A stretch of DNA of 64,000 nucleotides from Mytilus californianus (taxonomy: Eukaryota): the NCBI RefSeq assembly GCF_021869535.1, contig NW_026262593.1:21266001-21330000 (forward strand). The letters are read 5' to 3'. Below, one piece after another: positions 63,201 to 64,000 of this stretch. A program made the position numbers and the translations under genes. Each line of letters begins with the position of its first letter. Position 1 is the first letter of the stretch. A model generated the notes under the pieces. It was not told the origin of the DNA. It was given only the letters and a program-made list of their open reading frames with translations, and made no database searches.

Positions 63201-63678
63201 TTTGTGCACTACTTATTATACAAATATTAAAAAATAAAAAAAATATTAATAGATCATTTAATGAAATCCCTGTGAATGTTTAGGAAGAACATATAATAGT
63301 TTCACAACTTTTTATATGTTTTAATTTATGTGATGTGGGTCGTGTAATGGTCACTCTGTTATCACATTTTTCACATTAATGAAAACATCACACATGTTTC
63401 TGATTTTCTGGTACAGCAAAAATATGGCAGAATAAAATGATTGTGTTATTGTTTTTAAGAATGTAGCTTGGATACCACCATACAGGATCTACCTAGCAGT
63501 TACAGTGATATAACATGTCATGTGACATCAAGCTGTACGGAAATTGAGTGTTGTGTTGACTCTGTGAAACTTCGTAAACCTTTCCATGTGGTTGTCAAAT
63601 TAGATCCATGCAAGTTTGTCATCAATGTAGGAATCGAAAACTTTCAATTCATATTGGCCATGGCAGACTATACATTTG
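1022..63678 (+). CDS. Giant multi-exon gene (47 exons in window, open at both ends) encoding tandem ~195-aa cysteine-rich repeats; probably extracellular; function unknown
   Basis: 47 AG/GT-bounded exons join into one open frame (~7,643 nt). Exon types recur in the order B(-C)-D-A with constant phases (A|B 1, B|C 1, C|D 2, D|A 1). Recurring motifs: CxxxxxC..xCC..DPC..IGIEK..DYxFG, IEDL..Y.V.MN.S.C.E...C..LPK..CxW, FS...W...C...GW. Confidence 0.92.
1382..1558 (+). CDS. Host gene exon, type A
   Basis: ttcag|...|gtaag; phase 1-1; FSLSEYLDEK..MDDICDQ..DNGWNR. Confidence 0.88.
1506..1925 (+). repeat. 88-bp tandem array of exon end + donor (4 donors, 5th copy degenerate)
   Basis: Units start at 1506, 1594, 1682, 1770, 1856; AG|GTAAG after 1558, 1646, 1734, 1822. 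Confidence 0.9.
1977..2560. mobile_element. Non-autonomous element with ~158-bp internal repeats
   Basis: 'ttgtaagcactct' recurs at about 2052, 2210 and 2370; (CTGT/GTGT)-like head. Confidence 0.5.
3200..3490. mobile_element. Interspersed SINE/MITE-like repeat (relatives at ~17095-17160, 25185-25335, 25760-25970, 38850-39030, 40295-40485, 58335-58622)
   Basis: Shared blocks 'ggggcct..atagc.gactat', 'gttgtctcattggca.tcataccacatct' and 'cctgacttggtacag' in both orientations. Confidence 0.7.
3491..6357 (+). mobile_element. Helentron/HINE (DINE-1-like) non-autonomous element carrying a satellite
   Basis: 5' hairpin tatacgaccgcaaaa/tttgtggtcgtata, (CGT)n microsatellite, 3' subterminal tgcggtcgtat + GC hairpin, T-rich flanks; other copies at 48867-51401 and 55607-56280. 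Confidence 0.8.
4545..6150. repeat. Satellite of ~126/~136-bp units (~12 copies) inside the HINE
   Basis: 'ggtccaaaattaaactt' at about 4619, 4745, 4881, 5017, 5143, 5270, 5407, 5543, 5668, 5802, 5938, 6067. Confidence 0.9.
6869..7121 (+). CDS. Host gene exon, fused type B+C
   Basis: tgcag|...|gtaag; phase 1-2; CEEYVDLP..ICHLYSSCTGVTCC..DPCNSKMIIGIEK. Confidence 0.92.
8008..8171 (+). CDS. Host gene exon, type D
   Basis: ttcag|...|gtaag; phase 2-1; FKIENL..ICMETNGTCEI..LPKAPCDW. Confidence 0.92.
8637..8810 (+). CDS. Host gene exon, type A
   Basis: ttcag|...|gtaag; phase 1-1; FSFLGFLNEKG..DTQCSS..DGWTN. Confidence 0.92.
9812..9970. mobile_element. Palindromic MITE (~55-bp arms)
   Basis: taagtattgaatgcttcttt...aaagaagcattcaattctta and aaaagcattgacc...gtcaatgctttt. 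Confidence 0.75.
10012..10264 (+). CDS. Host gene exon, fused type B+C
   Basis: gacag|...|gtaag; phase 1-2; CGQFMATLP..VCNVGSDCTTVYCC..EPCLFRLSVGIDK..DYEWG. Confidence 0.92.
10750..10919 (+). CDS. Host gene exon, type D
   Basis: aatag|...|gtaga; phase 2-1; FTVRDL..ICRESDTETTPCGV..LPKLSCDW. Confidence 0.9.
11282..11458 (+). CDS. Host gene exon, type A
   Basis: ctaag| (AAG acceptor) ...|gtaag; phase 1-1; FQGLTTWL..EPSCDQ..GGVKN. Confidence 0.82.
11765..12020 (+). CDS. Host gene exon, fused type B+C
   Basis: tacag|...|gtaag; phase 1-2; CGTPVSVP..VCTVSADTCTGLDCC..NHCYQDITVGLE..DYTFG (absent from the ORF track). Confidence 0.92.
12069..12862. mobile_element. TA-flanked MITE (TIR tactgtaaattcagaaatt), interrupted by a foldback element
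   Basis: Degenerate left TIR tacagtcaatttcgaaatt (15/19) and right atttctgagtttacagta. Confidence 0.65.
12158..12742. mobile_element. Foldback MITE with ~165-bp terminal inverted repeats
   Basis: aggacaaggtacgataaggcct...ggtgaggtgagggggtaaa mirrored by tttacccccctcacctcacc...aggccttatcgtaccttgtcct. Confidence 0.88.
13212..13372 (+). CDS. Host gene exon, type D
   Basis: ttcag|...|gtaaag; phase 2-1; YKIEDF..FCLETGSCEF..FPKKICTW. Confidence 0.9.
13306..15610 (+). repeat. 27-copy 84/86-bp minisatellite made of exon end + splice donor
   Basis: Unit = last 67 nt of exon 13212-13372 + gtaaagataatttatag(ag); 27 unit starts counted from 13306 to 15529. Confidence 0.95.
16466..16639 (+). CDS. Host gene exon, type A
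   Basis: ttcag|...|gtaag; phase 1-1; FSLDQWS..LPQCNRS..NGWIK. Confidence 0.92.
17188..19105. repeat. ~550-bp direct duplication (17188-17738 and 18561-19105), each holding a TA-flanked MITE (17266-17736, 18639-19103)
   Basis: TIR ggtgtaataccacca/tggtggtattacacc in both copies; the same ~75-bp left flank precedes both. Confidence 0.85.
19129..19338 (+). CDS. Host gene exon, type B
   Basis: ttcag|...|gtaag; phase 1-1; CNDTEVVP..TCRLKSDCAAISCC..DDCERKIYIGIEK. Confidence 0.92.
19645..19687 (+). CDS. Host gene 43-nt exon, type C
   Basis: tacag|...|gtgag; phase 1-2; TWHEFSLVKTIRI. Confidence 0.85.
20033..20196 (+). CDS. Host gene exon, type D
   Basis: tttag|...|gtatg; phase 2-1; YNVYNL..SCWERYGSCAW..FKKQMCAS. 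Confidence 0.88.
20665..20826 (+). CDS. Host gene exon, type A
   Basis: ttcag|...|gtaag; phase 1-1; FSLTTWA..KNTCDF..NGWNN. Confidence 0.92.
21472..21730 (+). CDS. Host gene exon, fused type B+C
   Basis: ttcag|...|gtagg; phase 1-2; CSSTINNLP..SCYISDVCTDVRCC..DGC..DYTFG. Confidence 0.92.
22372..22541 (+). CDS. Host gene exon, type D
   Basis: tccag|...|gtagg; phase 2-1; YTIDDLP..VCTTNGAPCEY..LPRPSCLPHW. Confidence 0.92.
23057..23230 (+). CDS. Host gene exon, type A
   Basis: ttcag|...|gtaaat; phase 1-1; FTKEQWK..KPRCNR..DGWVN. Confidence 0.9.
23682..24470 (+). repeat. 10-copy 80-bp minisatellite made of splice acceptor + exon start
   Basis: ttacag|ac.gtacactagg at 23696, 23776 ... 24416 with exact 80-bp period. 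Confidence 0.95.
24416..24625 (+). CDS. Host gene exon, type B (uses the last acceptor of an 80-bp array)
   Basis: tacag|...|gtgag; phase 1-1; CTLGVSPG..VCLIGSKCSEVSCC..DPCEFTLLIGVEK. Confidence 0.9.
24938..24980 (+). CDS. Host gene 43-nt exon, type C
   Basis: ttcag|...|gtaata; phase 1-2; KSYELDLGGIYRV. Confidence 0.85.
26917..28167 (-). CDS. Nested antisense C1q domain-containing gene 1 (exons 28167-28137, 27997-27860, 27338-26917; ~196 aa; short coiled coil + globular C1q head)
   Basis: Last exon has gC1q motifs (VMFYVTL, VKFNEIQFDEGANFN..DGVF...SGVFMF, V.EGDHVWI, SSFMSILI*). Middle 138-nt phase 1-1 exon is heptad-like (MDLMENSLEKMEQRILNLTNEVTKL). First exon (MHWEFPISII) is tentative. AATAAA on - strand at 26836-26831. 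Confidence 0.85.
28515..28915. mobile_element. Degenerate non-autonomous interspersed element
   Basis: tgtctcgac..cctgag head and 'aagcaggtggtacatctcag..tgcactcttgt' tail; internal 'tttgacct.attttcatgg' repeats. Confidence 0.5.
30382..30860 (+). mobile_element. HINE/pearl-like non-autonomous element
   Basis: (GTCC/GTCT)n head, two 168-bp core repeats (30463, 30631), 3' hairpin gagatgg-ctc-ccatctc (30831-30847), then ctagt. Confidence 0.75.
30861..32289 (+). mobile_element. ~535-bp tandem repeat (2.6 copies) with hammerhead motifs; Penelope pLTR- or retrozyme-like
   Basis: 'ttggt.ttaaattaatagttaagatcc' at about 30870, 31410 and 31945; a unit fragment also at 30361-30381. Confidence 0.8.
31839..31882 (+). 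ncRNA. Minimal type I hammerhead ribozyme (intact); mutated copy at 31304-31347
   Basis: ACATCA-CTGAAGA-GACA(TTAAT)TGTC-GAA-ATCCGGAT-A-TGGTGT: stem I, CUGANGA core, stem II, GAAA, palindromic stem III, AUA cleavage triplet. Confidence 0.8.
32508..32671 (+). CDS. Host gene exon, type D (uses the last acceptor of a repeat array)
   Basis: gatag|...|gtaac; phase 2-1; FSVDDL..ICWSSGQDCQF..LPKHTCDT. Confidence 0.88.
33415..33576 (+). CDS. Host gene exon, type A (lacks its cysteine)
   Basis: ttcag|...|gtaag; phase 1-1; FSYISWLND..NGWND (absent from the ORF track). Confidence 0.88.
34067..34279 (+). CDS. Host gene exon, type B
   Basis: ttcag|...|gtaag; phase 1-1; CELGMVELP..NCTLQPHCTAIDCS..DPCHAR. 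Confidence 0.92.
34553..34694. repeat. Long hairpin (~65-bp arms)
   Basis: taaataacacata..gggtgatagagcagattgttacccc..ttgtcaac / gttgacaa..ggggtaacaatctgatctatcaccc..tatgtgttattta. Confidence 0.85.
35191..35233 (+). CDS. Host gene 43-nt exon, type C
   Basis: tttag|...|gtaag; phase 1-2; DLWQVWLRGIVRI. Confidence 0.88.
35521..35687 (+). CDS. Host gene exon, type D
   Basis: tttag|...|gtatg; phase 2-1; FTINNL..VCFESSGACEV..LPKKTCDF. Confidence 0.92.
36487..36660 (+). CDS. Host gene exon, type A
   Basis: tttag|...|gtaaa; phase 1-1; FSLEAMI..EQSCNR..DGWMK. Confidence 0.9.
37265..37480 (+). CDS. Host gene exon, type B
   Basis: aatag|...|gtgag; phase 1-1; CTTQS..TCYTLPDCTGFQCC..DACKYK. Confidence 0.92.
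37785..37827 (+). CDS. Host gene 43-nt exon, type C
   Basis: ttcag|...|gtaag; phase 1-2; TQDKFYINGVFKM. Confidence 0.88.
38210..38373 (+). CDS. Host gene exon, type D
   Basis: ttcag|...|gtaata; phase 2-1; YQIEELP..VCLEANADCAV..KPTCTS. Confidence 0.9.
39192..39347 (+). CDS. Host gene exon, type A (alternative in-frame end at 39404)
   Basis: tccag|...|gtaagt (or |gtaata after 39404); phase 1-1; FSVTDWK..EPQCII..GWQSG. Confidence 0.88.
39293..39406 (+). repeat. 57-bp tandem duplication across a donor site (in frame, 19 codons)
   Basis: aagtacatgaagg...tcaggaggt twice, one mismatch (ATC/ACC). Confidence 0.95.
39948..40157 (+). CDS. Host gene exon, type B
   Basis: tacag|...|gtaag; phase 1-1; CPLTID..TCQVTSSCTGVKCC..NPCDQS. 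Confidence 0.92.
40731..40773 (+). CDS. Host gene 43-nt exon, type C
   Basis: tacag|...|gtgag; phase 1-2; SLQKFYMENVVRV. Confidence 0.88.
41905..42068 (+). CDS. Host gene exon, type D
   Basis: ttcag|...|gtaag; phase 2-1; YVIYDL..ICYESSAPCEL..KKPCQW. Confidence 0.92.
42081..42291. mobile_element. TA-flanked (Tc1/mariner-type) MITE
   Basis: tactgtaaattcaaaaattattgc...gcaataatttctgaatttacagta. Confidence 0.85.
42878..43051 (+). CDS. Host gene exon, type A
   Basis: tacag|...|gtagg; phase 1-1; FSESGWR..ATPCQG..NGWKD. Confidence 0.92.
43495..43704 (+). CDS. Host gene exon, type B
   Basis: ttcag|...|gtaag; phase 1-1; CSASNLENLP..KCYIPATCSFIRCC..DSC..DYQWG. Confidence 0.92.
44156..44198 (+). CDS. 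Host gene 43-nt exon, type C
   Basis: tacag|...|gtaag; phase 1-2; VVQSMDLFGLLTM. Confidence 0.88.
44582..45320. mobile_element. Non-autonomous TIR element with 6-bp TSD TATTTA
   Basis: TIR catacctgccaacc/ggttggcaggtatg; TATTTA at 44576-44581 and 45321-45326. Confidence 0.88.
45528..45691 (+). CDS. Host gene exon, type D (lacks first two cysteines)
   Basis: tacag|...|gttag; phase 2-1; FAIENL..LSYESAGPVEA..KKQCDW. Confidence 0.88.
46837..47004 (+). CDS. Host gene exon, type A
   Basis: ttcag|...|gtataa; phase 1-1; FSLNTYL..DEMCNQ..QSWTQ. Confidence 0.88.
47021..47216. mobile_element. TA-flanked MITE, same family as 42081
   Basis: tactgtaaattcagaaattgttgc...gcaataatttctgaatttacagta. Confidence 0.88.
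47596..48770 (-). mobile_element. Internally deleted, decayed hAT transposon with 6-bp TSD TATGTT
   Basis: TIR catagttgccaac/gttggcaactatg. Minus strand encodes a hAT C-terminal dimerisation motif LSKLAKAILVLPKSNSDCERAFSIIKK (~47990-47900) and an N-terminal remnant KRKRYVCTYQKS* with stops. Confidence 0.88.
48867..51401 (+). mobile_element. HINE copy (same family as 3491-6357) with a second element inserted
   Basis: Same 5' hairpin, (CGT)n and 3' tgcggtcgtat + hairpin. Confidence 0.82.
49565..51125 (+). mobile_element. Second HINE-like family with ~503-bp tandem core repeats
   Basis: 5' gctcacct / 3' aggtgagc subterminal inverted repeat, 3' hairpin aggctc-ttga-gagcct, T-rich flanks; 'tacaaaaatcttct' at about 49659, 50166, 50666. 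Confidence 0.82.
52718..54493 (-). CDS. Nested antisense secreted globular-head C1q gene 2 (exons 54493-54400, 53851-53786, 53112-52718; 184 aa)
   Basis: Signal-peptide-like MINLQMFVFSTCLLLTSMLAKEVES; GT/AG phase-1 introns; gC1q motifs RPAFTATL, IKYDTVILNQGKGYSPKTGIFTATKAGLYLIS, LEKGDQVSV, SYFSAVYIA*; AATAAA on - strand at 52697-52692. Confidence 0.93.
53153..53634. mobile_element. MITE with 6-bp TSD TATATT in intron 2 of nested C1q gene 2
   Basis: TIR gagggtggtaaa/tttaccaccctc; internal (T)CGTG repeats; TATATT on both flanks. Confidence 0.82.
55233..55442 (+). CDS. Host gene exon, type B (two cysteines replaced by Gly)
   Basis: ttcag|...|gtatg; phase 1-1; CAANLALP..VNGHITTMCTGVEGCI..DPCSNR. 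Confidence 0.92.
55607..56280 (+). mobile_element. 5'-truncated HINE copy
   Basis: (GTC)n + body matching 3560-3860 and 48920-49540; same 3' end. Confidence 0.78.
56437..56618. mobile_element. Small TA-ended MITE
   Basis: tacaccttatcgctattt / aaatagtaataaggagta imperfect TIR. Confidence 0.5.
57277..57319 (+). CDS. Host gene 43-nt exon, type C
   Basis: tgtag|...|gtaag; phase 1-2; EDHYYNLQGIVRL. Confidence 0.88.
58085..58750 (-). mobile_element. Cluster of degenerate SINE-like fragments with nested insertions
   Basis: Minus-strand 'gcagcaggatttacttacccttttggagcacc' body at 58640-58740, tail at 58085-58205, interrupted by copies of the 3200-type repeat. Confidence 0.45.
59434..59603 (+). CDS. 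Host gene exon, type D (lacks first two cysteines)
   Basis: ttcag|...|gtatg; phase 2-1; YNIEDL..FSYETYSS..LPKRICSW. Confidence 0.9.
59898..60062 (+). CDS. Host gene exon, type A
   Basis: ttcag|...|gtgag; phase 1-1; FSKTQWY..TEQCGQ..DGWNL. Confidence 0.92.
60476..60699. mobile_element. MITE with 6-bp TSD ATCAAA and internal ATAATC repeats
   Basis: TIR gag(g/t)ctcctcatgggg, 15/16 match; ATCAAA at 60470-60475 and 60700-60705. Confidence 0.82.
60954..61163 (+). CDS. Host gene exon, type B
   Basis: tgcag|...|gtaag; phase 1-1; CTKTVSLP..KCHLTSACTAVECC..DPCTQI. Confidence 0.92.
61196..61392. mobile_element. Degenerate MITE, same family as 42081 and 47021
   Basis: tattgtaaattcagaaattattg...atttctaaatttactgta. 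Confidence 0.72.
61839..61881 (+). CDS. Host gene 43-nt exon, type C
   Basis: tttag|...|gtgag; phase 1-2; TKKQFALVGSVMI. Confidence 0.88.
62224..62387 (+). CDS. Host gene exon, type D
   Basis: tctag|...|gtaag; phase 2-1; YVIEDIP..YCYEDRQPCYM..LPKDLCEW. Confidence 0.92.
62714..62896 (+). CDS. Host gene exon, type A
   Basis: tacag|...|gtagg; phase 1-1; FSFETWQ..MFQCSR..GGWIN. Confidence 0.92.
63460..63678 (+). CDS. Host gene exon, type B (gene continues beyond the window)
   Basis: tttaag| (AAG acceptor needed for phase and first Cys) ...|gtaag; CSLDTT..TCHVTSSCTEIECC..DPCKFVINVGIE..DYTFG. Confidence 0.85.
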
Positions 63679-64000
63679 GTAAGTTGTTTCTAAATTTACA
63701 TTTTGAAATATCGTCTTTCAAATGCATAGAATATTTACCACTAGACTTTAAGCTAACAACAACCATTGAATCAATCTATCCTTTTAAAATACTGATATAT
63801 AAGCGAAATAGACAAAATTTAACTTATAATTGGTTGTTTATCTCCAACTTCTTGAAAATGGTGTGACAGAATTTAACTAAACTTGCACAGATTCTTCCAG
63901 ACTTGAATTGTACACCGGTATTTTAATTTTTGATCTGAATTATGTTTGGGGTTACCTGTGCCGAAACATGGACTCAGCCATTTTTGTTCAAATTATTAGA

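Noticed and set aside
63467-63678. TAG acceptor at 63465-63466 for the last exon
   Set aside because: Gives the wrong phase and drops the conserved first Cys; the AAG ending at 63459 fits.
1-64000. tRNA, rRNA or snRNA genes
   Set aside because: No cloverleaf or recognisable structural RNA seen by eye; tRNAscan-SE or Infernal would be needed to exclude them fully.

Overview
AT-rich eukaryotic (animal) genomic DNA. The nested C1q-domain genes and the repeat landscape suggest a bivalve mollusc such as Mytilus (inference). The whole window lies inside one large + strand gene. I assembled 47 coding exons (1022-63678, about 7.64 kb CDS, about 2,550 aa, no start or stop in the window), all with AG/GT boundaries and mutually compatible phases. 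They encode 12 complete and 2 partial copies of an about 195-aa, 10-cysteine repeat that I cannot assign to a named domain, built from exon types B(-C)-D-A. Two secreted globular-head C1q genes lie antisense in the two longest introns. Six splice junctions of the host gene have been tandemly duplicated (2 to 27 copies). In five of them, extending the exon to any extra splice site creates a stop codon; in one, both donors are in frame. One intron carries an about 535-bp tandem repeat containing a minimal type I hammerhead ribozyme. Other elements include a decayed hAT transposon, four TIR elements with 6-bp target-site duplications, Helentron/HINE-like elements carrying satellites, and several MITEs. 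All four copies of one MITE family sit within 50 nt downstream of a splice donor. All coordinates were counted by hand and no database searches were run.
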